A DNA stretch of 64,000 nucleotides from Patescibacteria group bacterium (GCA_023380305.1 JAMCQZ010000008.1:5588-69587); one strand, 5' to 3'; numbered from the stretch's first letter, positions 1-12,309 are shown. Made by a program: numbers and translations. Notes: generated by a model from the sequence alone, not told the origin.

Positions 1-897
1 CTGGCCAAGCTGAGAAAGAGGAACCGTCAAAAGATTCATGTATCCGAAAAACATGATGAGCTTCCCGGGAGTCATCTGCCCGACCCGGAGCAAAATGACA
101 CCGCCCGTGAAAATGGCGATGAATCCGAGTGAAAACAAAAGTTTCTGGAACCACTCCATCTGCAACCAAAGATACCGCCACTTTTTAAAGGTGCGACCCA
201 CTTGGTCGTAATTCGTCTGGTTTCTTTTTCTTTCAAACTTCTCGGCGGCCGCCGCCTTTACCGCTTGGACGTTCAAAACCGCGTCCCATAAACTGCCATC
301 GGCTTTTTCCCAACCGCGATGCAGATTCCGTTGTTTTTTGATGATGTCTTTCGTATACGCGATGGTAATAAACACGTAAGCCAGGCTCGCGGCGACAATA
401 ATCAAAGAGAGCTTCCAGCTCACAAAAATGAGAGCAATGATGGAAATAAAAAATGACAACACCGCCGGCAAAAAAGCGAAGAGCGTCCGGTCGATCAACC
501 CCAAAAGATCGGTCAAGCTCCGGTCGACGCGCTTCAACACCTTCCCCACTTTCTGAGTCTTATGGAATCCGAGCGGCAAGTCTATTAAATGATGAAAAAC
601 ATCGACCAGAAGATCGTTGGTCAAATCGATGCCGATTTCATAGGCCTGCCGGCCGCTGTAGCGAGCCAAGGTGTCGGCAAAAACGGAAAGTACAAGCCAG
701 GCAGCTATCCAGACGACGATCGCCTTCGTTTCCACATAAGGCACTTTGATCGCCAAATCCACCAACCGGCCATAAATAAAAGGCACGGCTGTGCCGATAG
801 TCGTCGAGATGACGGCGGCGGTCATGCCCAAATAGAGCCTTTTGGGCTCCCGAATCATCTTAAAAACGCGCGCTAAATGAGGATCTTTGATGAACAT
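1..897 (-). CDS. ABC exporter (MsbA/Atm1-like), N-terminal transmembrane domain; runs off window start
   Basis: Not in ORF track. Manual translation from ATG 897: MFIKDPHLARVFK...TAVPFIYGRLVD...HLIDLPLGFHKTQKVGKV...DAVLNVQAVKA, typical ABC_membrane motifs. Confidence 0.85.
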   Translation of the reverse strand, partial: MFIKDPHLARVFKMIREPKRLYLGMTAAVISTTIGTAVPFIYGRLVDLAIKVPYVETKAIVVWIAAWLVLSVFADTLARYSGRQAYEIGIDLTNDLLVDVFHHLIDLPLGFHKTQKVGKVLKRVDRSLTDLLGLIDRTLFAFLPAVLSFFISIIALIFVSWKLSLIIVAASLAYVFITIAYTKDIIKKQRNLHRGWEKADGSLWDAVLNVQAVKAAAAEKFERKRNQTNYDQVGRTFKKWRYLWLQMEWFQKLLFSLGFIAIFTGGVILLRVGQMTPGKLIMFFGYMNLLTVPLSQLGQ

Positions 898-942
898 GCG
901 ATAAATAAAGATGTTTAATTTTATCGCGAAAGAACGATTAAG

Positions 943-2976
<2,034 letters not shown>

Positions 2977-3099
2977 TTAACCATTTTATTATACCAGAAA
3001 TTCCGGGTTTTGATTTGACAAATCCGGCGGTTTTCATTTTGATGAATTGGTTTCTGGTTTCGGCCTTTCAAAAGACATATAAGAGGAGGTTGATGATCC

Positions 3100-4002
3100 G
3101 TGCGCAAGAGCTCGGGTATGATGCCGTTCCTCGTCGCGATTTGCTTTATCTCTGTCTTAGCTTCTGTCAGTTTTTGCGTTCAGACAAACCGCGCACTCGT
3201 TGCGACGCAAGCCGAGATCAAGGCTAAAAACACGGAGATCGTCGAGCTCAACCGCAAGATCGAATCCCTGTGCCTTGAAAACCAGGCGCTCCGGGAGAGA
3301 ATGGAAACACTGCTCCGAAACGACGTCATTCTTAAGGCGCTCATGTCCGGGTCCGTGTACAGGGCGCCAGCTCAAGCCGCGACGGAGAAAATGGTCGTCA
3401 TTAGTTTCGACGATCTGACCACTTCGCGCGTGACAAAAATCATCGCCATCGCGAACGACAAACAGGCGCCACTTCTCCTGTTTCCAACGGGAGACGCGCT
3501 CCGAAAACAACCGGGAGTGTTTCTCTCGGCAATCCAGTCGGGCCACGTCATCGGTAATCACACCAATCATCACGACTGGTTGGGCAAACTCGACGCGGAT
3601 CGCGCGAGAAAGACCCTCGCCGACTGGGACGATTCGGCGTCGCGGCTGCTCAACGGCTATCAGACGATCTTTTTCCGGCCGCCTGCCATGTCCGGTTGGG
3701 CCGACAAAAAGCAACGGCCCGAGTTTGAGAGGCTCGTAAACGCTTCCGGAAAAATCCCCGTGCTTTGGAGCCTCGAGACCTATTACGATCTTTACGCCCC
3801 GAACGGCCCGCATCGCCGAGGGCCGACGCCGACGATCGAAAACGAAATCGACTATATCGTCAAAAGCGCCAAGGCTGGCGACATCATCCTGTTTCACGAC
3901 ACGGCGGCCGACGTGGCGGCTCTGCCGGAGATCATCGACGGCCTTCGGTCCAGAGGATTTGTCATCGTCTCCATCAAAACCATGCTCGGCCTTACTAGCT
4001 AA
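3100..4002 (+). CDS. Polysaccharide/peptidoglycan deacetylase (NodB/CE4) with N-terminal anchor and coiled coil
   Basis: ISFDD, GNHTNHH, FRPP, LWS, IILFHD motifs; GGAGG SD before GTG; TTGACA upstream. Confidence 0.88.
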   Translation: MRKSSGMMPFLVAICFISVLASVSFCVQTNRALVATQAEIKAKNTEIVELNRKIESLCLENQALRERMETLLRNDVILKALMSGSVYRAPAQAATEKMVVISFDDLTTSRVTKIIAIANDKQAPLLLFPTGDALRKQPGVFLSAIQSGHVIGNHTNHHDWLGKLDADRARKTLADWDDSASRLLNGYQTIFFRPPAMSGWADKKQRPEFERLVNASGKIPVLWSLETYYDLYAPNGPHRRGPTPTIENEIDYIVKSAKAGDIILFHDTAADVAALPEIIDGLRSRGFVIVSIKTMLGLTS

Positions 4003-4006
4003 GCAA

Positions 4007-4038
4007 AGCGCCCTTCTGTTTGAAGGGCGCGTTTTTTT
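4007..4038 (+). terminator. Intrinsic terminator between convergent deacetylase and murA
   Basis: GCGCCCTTC-tgttt-GAAGGGCGC followed by a T tract. Confidence 0.75.
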
Positions 4039-5338
4039 ATCCGATCCTTTTTAAATCTCCGCCAAGCGCCCTGATGCGTTCATCAATTTTCTCGTAACCG
4101 CGATCTATGTGCTCCACTCCGGAGACTTCGGAAACGCCATCGGCGATCAAAGCGGCGATCACTTGAGCCATGCCTGCCCTGATATCCCGCATGACGATGT
4201 CGGCGGCTTTAAGCGACGTCGGCCCCTGGATGACGGCGCTATGTTTGTAATCTTTTCCCTGGAAACGACAAGGAAGGATACCGAGGCATTTCGTCTCCAC
4301 GTTGATTTTCGCCCCCATCCGGTTTAAATCTTCGGTGTATCCAAAACGATCTTCATAAACCGTTTCATGAATAATGGAAGTCCCCCTCGCCTGCGTCAGG
4401 AGCACTGCTGTCGGCTGCTGCCAGTCGGTGGCAAATCCCGGATAGGTGTCGGTTTCGATATCGGTCGCTTTCAATTCCTCGTTTCGATAAAATCTAATGC
4501 CGTCCTCTGGTTCGACCTCGTATTTCGCTCCCATCCGCCGCACAGCGTTTAAAAAAGCGATCAGGTGCTCTTGGACGGCATCTTGCACCAAAATATTCCC
4601 GTTTGTCGCCAAAGCCATTACCGCGAAAGAAACGGCCTCCAGCCTATCCGCTATAAGCCTGTGCTCGACTCCATGTAGCTCTTCGACGCCGTCGATATAG
4701 ATCGTCCGATTCGCCCCGAGCTCGATGATCGCGCCCATATTTTGGAGCATTTTGATCATATCGATTATTTCCGGTTCGGTGGCGGCGTTTACGATGGTCG
4801 TCCGACCTTCGGCAAGGACCGCAGCCAAAATGGAGTTTTCGGTGGCGCCGACGCTCGGATACGGCAAAACGATCGTCGCTCCCGAAAGATTCTTCGCTTT
4901 GGCGACGATGGTCGACGCGTTTACTTCTATCGTCGCTCCGAGCTTTTCCAAGGAAGCGATATGAAAATCTATCGGTCGCGGCCCGATCTTGTCGCCGCCG
5001 ACCATCGGCACCTCCGCCTCACCCGCCCGGACGAGCAACGGACCGAGCGCCAAAATAGGAACGCGATTTTTCCTCGATAATTCCTTGACGCGGTAATTTC
5101 TAATGTCCGGCGTCCGAATAGTGATCGTATCGGCTTCCCGCTTTACGATCGAACCGATGTTTTCACAAAGTTCTAGGGCGATCTCGGTTTCCTGGCTTAA
5201 CGGCACGTTCGTCAGCTTAACTTCATCTTTGGTAAGCAAGCTGGCAATCAAAAGTTTGCTTACCGAATTTTTGGCGCCGCGAACCCTAACCGTGCCCGTG
5301 AGCGGATTTCCGCCCTTAATAACGAATTTCTGAGGCAT
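4037..5338 (-). CDS. murA: UDP-N-acetylglucosamine 1-carboxyvinyltransferase
   Basis: GAKNS, IGPRPIDFH, PSVGATEN, YPGFATDWQ, ETVYEDRF, DIRAG, HIDRGYE. Confidence 0.97.
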   Translation of the reverse strand: MPQKFVIKGGNPLTGTVRVRGAKNSVSKLLIASLLTKDEVKLTNVPLSQETEIALELCENIGSIVKREADTITIRTPDIRNYRVKELSRKNRVPILALGPLLVRAGEAEVPMVGGDKIGPRPIDFHIASLEKLGATIEVNASTIVAKAKNLSGATIVLPYPSVGATENSILAAVLAEGRTTIVNAATEPEIIDMIKMLQNMGAIIELGANRTIYIDGVEELHGVEHRLIADRLEAVSFAVMALATNGNILVQDAVQEHLIAFLNAVRRMGAKYEVEPEDGIRFYRNEELKATDIETDTYPGFATDWQQPTAVLLTQARGTSIIHETVYEDRFGYTEDLNRMGAKINVETKCLGILPCRFQGKDYKHSAVIQGPTSLKAADIVMRDIRAGMAQVIAALIADGVSEVSGVEHIDRGYEKIDERIRALGGDLKRIG

Positions 5339-5427
5339 TTTGGAAATATTATCACAAGTTCAAGATTTGACAAAATTGATGAAATATGATAATATAATTT
5401 CATTCGTATTGAATAGGAGGCGGGACC

Positions 5428-5667
5428 TTGAACAAAGCAATACGCAGGATGATGTTTGGGATCGGGGTCTGGCTCAGCGCCGAATTGGCGCTATGGATTT
5501 TCTTCAATGCGATGGGACGCATCTACTTCAATCATTCGTACATAGGCATCGCGCCCTATATGCCGTCGCCTCGGTTGATGACCATCGGTCCGATTCTACT
5601 CTTACTCACCTGCAAAGAAACCTGGACGGAACTCAAACGTTTCGCGGACAAGCTGCTTCAGTTTTAG
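5428..5667 (+). CDS. Small orphan membrane protein (2 TM)
   Basis: AGGAGG SD before TTG, TTGACA and TATAAT-like elements upstream, two hydrophobic segments. Confidence 0.6.
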   Translation: MNKAIRRMMFGIGVWLSAELALWIFFNAMGRIYFNHSYIGIAPYMPSPRLMTIGPILLLLTCKETWTELKRFADKLLQF

Positions 5668-5696
5668 GACGCTCTTCGGAGCGTTTTTTTTATCAC

Positions 5697-5720
5697 AAAC
5701 CCCGCCTCAAGGCGGGGTTT
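5697..5720. terminator. Hairpin terminator between convergent genes
   Basis: AAACCCCGCC-tcaa-GGCGGGGTTT. Confidence 0.7.
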
Positions 5721-5742
5721 GATTCTTGTTCAGAAAAATATT

Positions 5743-6786
5743 CTACTGAATACCGCTGCTGAAGACCCTCACATTGACGTTCCAGCTCTTACCGCCGGAA
5801 CAATTCAAGGAATATCCGGTGGTTTTTAGCGGAGAGACGGACACATAACTTGATGTCGAGGGCAAGGACGACAAAACCGTATGGCCGGCATCGTCTTGAA
5901 TCGCACAACTGTCAGTCTGATTGCAAGACCACGTAAGTTTGGTGGATTTACTATAAAGGATTTCCGTCGGCACGGCCGTGAAAGTGCATTCGGTCGGAGG
6001 GATAACCGGTTCTGCCGGCGGGACAACCGGTCCCGCTGGAGGGACAACCGGTCTCGCTGGCGGCTCCGCTGGCGGCGGAGGAGTAGGCCCGCCCTCCTCA
6101 TTAACGGCCACGGATGGAATAGATCGAAGGGCCTGGAGCAAATCTTTACGGGAAACCTCATCAAGGCCGCCGGCTACTCGGAAATCGGCGCCAAGCCCTT
6201 CCAAAATGGCGTTGACTTGGTCAGACGTAAGCGCGCCTTGATTGCCATCGATTAATGCAGAATACGCGCTGCCGCCCGCCTGCTCCCAGGCTTCATTGCC
6301 TTGGGCTTGTCCGGAATCCCTTAAATAAACCGTGATGATCTCTTGCGTGCTCGTATCATTGTACAAGGCGTAATTCGGATCGCTCGGATTGGAGCTATAA
6401 CCGATCACCGTGGTGCCGCAGACTCCCACTTGGGTGCAAGAATAAGTCTCGGCTCTTTCCGAAGAATCCGTGGTTCCCAATACTTCGGTTCTCGGCGGTT
6501 GTTGAATTTGATATCCGCTGCCGAGTTGTTCATTAATCTGGCTTTGGCTCGGGACTCCCCGACCGCTTGCGTCTTGCATAAAATCCAAATTACTAGCGAT
6601 AGTTTCATTGCTATTTAAATCTATCAAGTCCAGTTTCCCGGTGTCTTTATTATAATGCACCATTACTTCTTGTCCGTTCACATAATCAACATAATCGGCT
6701 TTGGCCACTTTGATGTCGGCGCCGATAAAAGTCATGGCGAATAAAAGACCGATCCCTAAAAAAATATAGTTGTTGTTTTTGGGCAT
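5743..6786 (-). CDS. Secreted hypothetical protein with Pro-rich linker and C-terminal Ig-like domain
   Basis: Likely start MPKNNN at 6786 with signal peptide; PVVPPA repeats; C-terminal LTWSC...C...YSLNC beta domain. Confidence 0.7.
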   Translation of the reverse strand: MPKNNNYIFLGIGLLFAMTFIGADIKVAKADYVDYVNGQEVMVHYNKDTGKLDLIDLNSNETIASNLDFMQDASGRGVPSQSQINEQLGSGYQIQQPPRTEVLGTTDSSERAETYSCTQVGVCGTTVIGYSSNPSDPNYALYNDTSTQEIITVYLRDSGQAQGNEAWEQAGGSAYSALIDGNQGALTSDQVNAILEGLGADFRVAGGLDEVSRKDLLQALRSIPSVAVNEEGGPTPPPPAEPPARPVVPPAGPVVPPAEPVIPPTECTFTAVPTEILYSKSTKLTWSCNQTDSCAIQDDAGHTVLSSLPSTSSYVSVSPLKTTGYSLNCSGGKSWNVNVRVFSSGIQ

Positions 6787-6791
6787 GTTAA

Positions 6792-7334
6792 TTATTTGAA
6801 GTTTTCGACGTATTGATTGAAACTCGCCGTTCGATCCAGGTCGGCGGTTATACGCCATTGATTATTGATCTTGTCCAAAACCAGAAGTTTCTGCAGATCG
6901 CCCTCTTGCGGCTGGCCGCCGATCAGGTTTTCGACATAAACGGCGTCAACCAAAACCTGGGCCGAGGAATCGGAGAACTTGTACAAACGCACTTCTATCG
7001 GGGTGGTAAATTTGAAAACGTGCTGGCTGCCGTGTTCGGCGTCGTAGCACAGTTTCGAAGCCCGGCCGATCATCAGCGTCTCGGCGTTTTTCGCCAGATA
7101 CCTGGTGATGAACCCCTCCCAATTTTCATTCGTGTTCACCTGGTCGGCAAAATCGTCATAGAAACTCTTGACTGTTCGATCAACGAGCATTTTATTGTAA
7201 GCAGCCTCCAGACGACTCCAACCGTTCCAGTAGGAAAGCGGGACAATGATCGCGAGCGCGATCACAATCCCGATGATAATCCTTTTCCTCGACTCTGGTT
7301 TGTTTAAAACAACGACTTTTTCTTGATGAGCCAT
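6792..7334 (-). CDS. Membrane-anchored hypothetical protein, possibly NTF2-like
   Basis: Likely start MAHQEK at 7334 (TATAAT upstream), one TM, ends LDKINNQWRI. Confidence 0.65.
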   Translation of the reverse strand: MAHQEKVVVLNKPESRKRIIIGIVIALAIIVPLSYWNGWSRLEAAYNKMLVDRTVKSFYDDFADQVNTNENWEGFITRYLAKNAETLMIGRASKLCYDAEHGSQHVFKFTTPIEVRLYKFSDSSAQVLVDAVYVENLIGGQPQEGDLQKLLVLDKINNQWRITADLDRTASFNQYVENFK

Positions 7335-7387
7335 GTTTATTTTAGTTTTTTTTATTATAACATATGGGCCCACCCATATCGCCCGGG

Positions 7388-8212
7388 TTAGGGCTGGAGA
7401 ATGTCTTCTGTCCGACCGCTGATAGCGATGATCACACTTTTGACAGCCGGGAATTGTTTCAATGTTTCGACTATCTGCGACCTGATCGCCGCCACCCTGC
7501 AAGATCCGCCGATGTTTTTATCCAGGGTTTCGTCAAAATCTGCCGTGGCGACGCCGTTTGCAATGGTCAACCCCTGTATTTTTACGCCGGGATTGATTAC
7601 CGTGTAATACCCTTTGTTCAGCTCGCTCTTCATTGGGCCTTCGAGCAGCAATTCCAGACTTCTCCTTGCCGGAGAAACGGTAACCGGAACGATCCTCGAA
7701 ACAGCCGTCATGGTTTTGCAATCCGCTTCGGTGAAGCCTTCTTTACCGAAAAACACCTTCAAGGTTTGCGGATCTTTCACAATTAATTTAAAAGGCACGA
7801 CCACTTGATTTTCTTTTTTTCCGTCTTTCGCCGAATAATCAAAAGCTTCGAGAACGACATCTTCGCCGACGGGCAAACGCCTCAAGAAGTTTATGTCGAC
7901 CATAAATTGACCGAACTCGCCGATGTCTGGCGCGTTCGCATAGCCATTGCCTTCGGCAAGCACGAAATCGTCGGCCGCATCGCGGAGCTCATAATTGAAT
8001 ATATTTTCAAAAACCCTGGCCTCGCCTCCAATCGTAAACGGCAATAATTCCGAGGAGCCGGCCAAGGGTTGGCGCACCAAGATATTCGGAACTTCATTAG
8101 TTTTCGGAACAAAATCGCCGACCGCAAAAAACCGCGGGAGATACATAGCTGCCAAACCGAAAACCGCTACGGCAACGGCAGCCTTGATAATGATAAAAAA
8201 AGCTCTTTTCAT
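7388..8212 (-). CDS. Gmad2 Ig-like + GerMN domain protein
   Basis: GEARVFEN...FGQF (Gmad2-like); LELLLEGP...ATADF...GGSCRV..IRSQIVETLKQFP.VKSVII (GerMN). Confidence 0.85.
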   Translation of the reverse strand: MKRAFFIIIKAAVAVAVFGLAAMYLPRFFAVGDFVPKTNEVPNILVRQPLAGSSELLPFTIGGEARVFENIFNYELRDAADDFVLAEGNGYANAPDIGEFGQFMVDINFLRRLPVGEDVVLEAFDYSAKDGKKENQVVVPFKLIVKDPQTLKVFFGKEGFTEADCKTMTAVSRIVPVTVSPARRSLELLLEGPMKSELNKGYYTVINPGVKIQGLTIANGVATADFDETLDKNIGGSCRVAAIRSQIVETLKQFPAVKSVIIAISGRTEDILQP

Positions 8213-8257
8213 AATGATTCCAGTCTATCACTTTGAACCGCCGGCGATGAGGGCCTT

Positions 8258-8785
8258 TTAGCGGATGATCTTGATGAGATAATACAGGGCCGATCCGGCG
8301 AAAAGAATCTGCCAAAAAACTCCCCAGAATATTCCTTTGATCGGCAATCCCCAATGGAAAAAATTGTGTATGTTCGCGATAAAAGCCGCTATCCTGTATT
8401 TTTTAACGAAAACTCTCGTAAGCGGCGGGTAAAAACTCAAAACGTCCGGCAATAGGCTGCCGAAAGTGCCGAAAAAAACCGAAAGCCACAGATCGCTCGG
8501 AAGCCTGTAAAAAATCCACAAAAAGATCGACCAAGCCACAGTAAAATCAACGAAAAGAATCTTCCAAAAAGTCTCGTCGAATCTCCGCGGGGAGTCTGGT
8601 TTGAGATCGGGCCGACGACCCAAAAATCTTGGACCGGACTTCGCAATGACGCGACTGCCGTAGTCTACATGCGGGAAAGCGTCCATCAAGTGATGGCTCA
8701 AAATTCCCAGACAAAATCCCAGAACGGGATTTCTGACGGCGGCGCCGATCGCCGCTCCGACTAAGGCATGGGGAAGAAGAACCAT
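8258..8785 (-). CDS. Membrane protein with metal-dependent hydrolase-like His motifs
   Basis: PHALVGA, SHHLMDAFPH, LLPDV, IHNFFH; several TM segments. Confidence 0.7.
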   Translation of the reverse strand: MVLLPHALVGAAIGAAVRNPVLGFCLGILSHHLMDAFPHVDYGSRVIAKSGPRFLGRRPDLKPDSPRRFDETFWKILFVDFTVAWSIFLWIFYRLPSDLWLSVFFGTFGSLLPDVLSFYPPLTRVFVKKYRIAAFIANIHNFFHWGLPIKGIFWGVFWQILFAGSALYYLIKIIR

Positions 8786-8789
8786 GGGT

Positions 8790-9122
8790 TTATTTAATGC
8801 CCGATCCGGGCGCCGTCTCCTTGACTGGGGAAATGATAACCGGTTCGCCGCTCGCGATGTCTGTAGCCGCGAGAAGCATGCCCTGGCTCTCGTAGCCAGC
8901 TAGGCTTCTCGGTTCCAAATTCGCGACCATTACGATCTCCCTGCCGACTAATCCTTCGGGGTCGTAATATTTAGCGATGCCGGCCAAAACCTGCCGCTCC
9001 TCATCGCCGAGCGAAACCTTAAGCTTCAACAATTTCTCCGATTCCGCGATGCGTTCGGCTGCGATAATCTTCGCCACTTTCAATTCTATCTTTTTGAAAT
9101 CGTCGATATTAATCATTATCAA
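8790..9122 (-). CDS. tRNA-binding OB-fold protein (MetRS C-terminal/Trbp111/CsaA-like)
   Basis: DDFKKIELKVAKI...KLLKL...ANLEPRSLAGYESQGMLLAA. Confidence 0.92.
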   Translation of the reverse strand: MIMINIDDFKKIELKVAKIIAAERIAESEKLLKLKVSLGDEERQVLAGIAKYYDPEGLVGREIVMVANLEPRSLAGYESQGMLLAATDIASGEPVIISPVKETAPGSGIK

Positions 9123-10020
9123 TCGAATATTCCGAAGCCACGCTCAAGAACTCCCGGAGACCGATTCCGGGCTTTTCCCCACCGATGACCACCTCGCTAA
9201 TCTTATTTAGGAACGTGAACCCGGACGCCTTGTCGCCGATTCTCCGACTTAAGGGCTCGAGTGAAACGACGCTTTCGGCCGCCGGATCGATTTTCCCGGT
9301 CGTGGCAAGGCCCTCCCCGATACGCCGATTGTTAGAGTTGAAAGAATAAGCCGTGCTCAAGAAGTCGCCGACTCCGGCGACGCCAAGGGCTGTTCTTTCT
9401 TCTCCTCCCAAAATTTTGACGATTTCGGTCATCTCCCTGATGGCGACCGACCCGAGCCAGCCCCTGATATTCTCGCCGAATCCCAATCCGTCCGCGAGAC
9501 CGATGCCCATGGCGTAAACGTTTTTGAGCACGCCGCAACTAGCGACGCCCGCTACGTCCGCCGAATAATCCACATAAACCGGAGACTTATCAAAAGCCAT
9601 TCCTATCTTTTCAAAAACATCTTCTGACTTTGAAGCGACGCAACCCGCACCTCCCAGATCAAGAGTCTCGGCGATCATCGGTCCCCCGAAAAGAGCGTAG
9701 GGCACTTCGTTCGCCACCTCTTCGATCGTTTCATGAACAAAATTGGCGCTATCCGCTTCCATCCCTTTTGAAAAACAAACCAAAACATTCTTTGGAGAAA
9801 AATAAGGCTTGATCGAGAGAAGCGCCTGTCTTAAAACCCATGAAGGCGTGCAAAGGAAAATCAATTCCGAATCCGGAATGATGTCCTTGAGCTCGGATTG
9901 GTTTTCCACCTTGCCGGGGACGCTGTCCCAAAACTCCACGTGATATTTTTTGACAGCCAAGATTTTCCCGACGGCACGACCAATTTGGCCGGCGCCCATA
10001 ATAGTGATTTGATTTGCCAT
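9109..10020 (-). CDS. gpsA: NAD(P)H-dependent glycerol-3-phosphate dehydrogenase
   Basis: GAGQIG, SKG, GP, GVLKNVYA, GVGD...SNNRRIG. Confidence 0.85.
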   Translation of the reverse strand: MANQITIMGAGQIGRAVGKILAVKKYHVEFWDSVPGKVENQSELKDIIPDSELIFLCTPSWVLRQALLSIKPYFSPKNVLVCFSKGMEADSANFVHETIEEVANEVPYALFGGPMIAETLDLGGAGCVASKSEDVFEKIGMAFDKSPVYVDYSADVAGVASCGVLKNVYAMGIGLADGLGFGENIRGWLGSVAIREMTEIVKILGGEERTALGVAGVGDFLSTAYSFNSNNRRIGEGLATTGKIDPAAESVVSLEPLSRRIGDKASGFTFLNKISEVVIGGEKPGIGLREFLSVASEYSIDND

Positions 10021-10056
10021 ATTTTAATTTTTTGTTTGCGACCTTTACCTTAAAGA

Positions 10057-10725
10057 CTATTTGATTTTAGCATCTTCAGCCATCTTTTTAAATTCGGAAA
10101 CGGTCAACGATTTCCTGACCGAAAAACCTCCGACTCTTGTCCGGACAAGGCTATGGAGATAACCGCCTGTTCCGAGTACCTCGCCCAAATCGCGGGCGAG
10201 CGACCGGATATAAACCCCGGGGCCGGTCAAAACCCTGATTTTTAAATCGGGCCACCGATAAGAAATTATTTTGATTTTTTTGATAAAAACTTTTCTAGGT
10301 TTCATTTCCGGCCGCTCCCCTCGTCTCGCCATCTTATAAGCTTCCATGCCGCGGATTTTGATGGCTGAAAAAACCGGAGGTTTTTGTTCTATCTCGCCGA
10401 CAAACCTTTTTATTTCCCGACGGACGCGCCAAAAGGACGGACGCCGCTTAACTTCACGCCGGGTTTTCGATCCTTCCTCGTCGTCGGTGGCACTTGTTTC
10501 TCCCAACCGGACGACCGCCAAATATTCCTTTTCTTTGGCCACTTCCTTATTGATTGCCTTGGTGAAGCTCCGGCCGACAGCCACCACCAACACGCCTTCG
10601 GCTAAAGGATCCAGGGTCCCGGCATGGCCGATCTTGGCTTTGCCGACGATTTTTTTTAATTCTCCGATAACCCGGTTGGAAGTCGGACCTTTTTCTTTAT
10701 AAATCGGGAAAATCCCCTCGATCAT
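10057..10725 (-). CDS. truB: tRNA pseudouridine(55) synthase
   Basis: KIGHAGTLDPLAEG, PPVFSAIK, GVYIRSLARDLG, LVRTRVG. Confidence 0.97.
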   Translation of the reverse strand: MIEGIFPIYKEKGPTSNRVIGELKKIVGKAKIGHAGTLDPLAEGVLVVAVGRSFTKAINKEVAKEKEYLAVVRLGETSATDDEEGSKTRREVKRRPSFWRVRREIKRFVGEIEQKPPVFSAIKIRGMEAYKMARRGERPEMKPRKVFIKKIKIISYRWPDLKIRVLTGPGVYIRSLARDLGEVLGTGGYLHSLVRTRVGGFSVRKSLTVSEFKKMAEDAKIK

Positions 10726-11309
10726 TTGATTGTTTTGATATCCTCCGCCCCTTTTCTCAAAACTTTTATTTCTTTCCCGGACAAATCGATCAAGGCCGAA
10801 GCCTGGCCATCGCGGCGGCCGCGATCGACGTAAAAATCGACTTCGTTCCCAAAATATTTTTGGGCCTCCTTCAAATCAGCGGCCGGGGCCGCGCCTTCGA
10901 TATTGGCGCTCGGAGCGACGAGCGGACCGGTTAGCATTAAAAACTTTCGTAATGATTTCAGAGCCGGCAAACGGAAAGCGAGCGTCTGTTTTCCGCGGTG
11001 AAGATATCGGAATTTATCAAGACGACAAGGCAAAACGATGCTCACTTTGCCCGGCCAGAAACGATTTAATATCTTTCTCATCTCCGAATCCATCTTCACT
11101 CCGAAAAAAGAGAGCTGGCTCAGATCGCCGACTAAAATAATCATCGGTTTTGATCGGTTTCTCCTGCGCAATCGATAAATCTTTTCCACGGATTCCGGAC
11201 GGAGCGCCGAAGCGACGATGCCGTAAATCGTGTCCGTCGGAACCACGGCGATGGCGCCGCGGGCTACGGCCGCGGCTAGCTTATTATTTAGGGTTTTGAA
11301 AACCTCCAT
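10722..11309 (-). CDS. tsaC: L-threonylcarbamoyladenylate synthase (YrdC/Sua5)
   Basis: PTDTIYG, KP, FWPG, APSANIEG; start moved to ATG 11309 (TATAAT 6 nt upstream). Confidence 0.92.
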   Translation of the reverse strand: MEVFKTLNNKLAAAVARGAIAVVPTDTIYGIVASALRPESVEKIYRLRRRNRSKPMIILVGDLSQLSFFGVKMDSEMRKILNRFWPGKVSIVLPCRLDKFRYLHRGKQTLAFRLPALKSLRKFLMLTGPLVAPSANIEGAAPAADLKEAQKYFGNEVDFYVDRGRRDGQASALIDLSGKEIKVLRKGAEDIKTIK

Positions 11310-11328
11310 AAAATGATTATAGATACAA

Positions 11329-11361
11329 GAAGCGCCCGACAACAACACTGTCGGGCGCTTA
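11329..11361 (-). terminator. Terminator of the orphan gene, overlapping its stop codon
   Basis: AAGCGCCCGACA-loop-TGTCGGGCGCTT inverted repeat. Confidence 0.7.
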
Positions 11362-12309
11362 AGAATGCCACGAAACTTCAAAGACCATGTATCCTTTTTT
11401 GTTCGCTTCGGAAAGAGTGGTGATCCCCCGGCAATAAATCTCCGCGGGCACCCTGGACTCCGGTTCCGGAAGGCCGGATTTCATCGCCTGGATTTCAGGC
11501 GGCACCTTGCCGAAGTCGCAACGGAGGATGTCCATGGCGATTTCGGTATAAAGCGGATTTTTATCTCCACCTGGCAGGTAGCCGAGCGCTTCGAAACGAC
11601 GATAGGCCGGAGCCAGAAAAGCGCGTGATCCGACAACGCCCATCAAATCCTGCGCCCCCTGCAACGTCCGAAACTGCCGATGGTACCCGTTCTGCCGATA
11701 GGGCGCCAACCGCATATCGATATGCTGTCCGAGGCCGGTGTAATAGTCCCTCAGGGACCTGTTTTCCGACCAGAGCAGGTCGGCGATCAACACCGCGCAC
11801 CCGACCGCGACGCTGAAGCGAATCCCCTTGATCATTTCGTAGTCTTGTTCGAAATAGGTCGTCTTCCGGCCCGATCCGCCAACGCGAGCTTGCGGCATCT
11901 TTTCGACGGTCCAAGTGGTATATTTCCACTTTCCCGTCCGTTCCGACGCCACCTGACCCATGGCGACGAAGATAAGCGGAGCCGCATCCCTATACTGTTC
12001 AAGAGTCATCTGAAAACGTGTCTGCCGGATATTGACGCTCGTCTCTGAGCCGTCCGTGAGGCGTATGTGCTGCAGCTTTCCATACGGCCGGCTTTTGCCG
12101 ATGCCGATTTCGCAGAGCACCGCCTCCTTTAGGTCCGATGTCGGGCCGATGACAACGATCAGTCCCTGTCTCGAAGAAAGCATGTTCACCTCGTGTGTTA
12201 CTGAATAGCCGAACATCTTTTTGCCTTCGATCCATTCGATGATCACCGTCGCCGCTTTGCGCGCCTTGGCCACGTCGGCCGCGGCCATAGCCACGAGATT
12301 ACGAACCAT
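11359..12309 (-). CDS. Orphan hypothetical protein (316 aa)
   Basis: GGAGAGGGGG SD-like run before ATG 12309, TTGACT upstream, own terminator; no family recognised. Confidence 0.7.
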   Translation of the reverse strand: MVRNLVAMAAADVAKARKAATVIIEWIEGKKMFGYSVTHEVNMLSSRQGLIVVIGPTSDLKEAVLCEIGIGKSRPYGKLQHIRLTDGSETSVNIRQTRFQMTLEQYRDAAPLIFVAMGQVASERTGKWKYTTWTVEKMPQARVGGSGRKTTYFEQDYEMIKGIRFSVAVGCAVLIADLLWSENRSLRDYYTGLGQHIDMRLAPYRQNGYHRQFRTLQGAQDLMGVVGSRAFLAPAYRRFEALGYLPGGDKNPLYTEIAMDILRCDFGKVPPEIQAMKSGLPEPESRVPAEIYCRGITTLSEANKKGYMVFEVSWHS

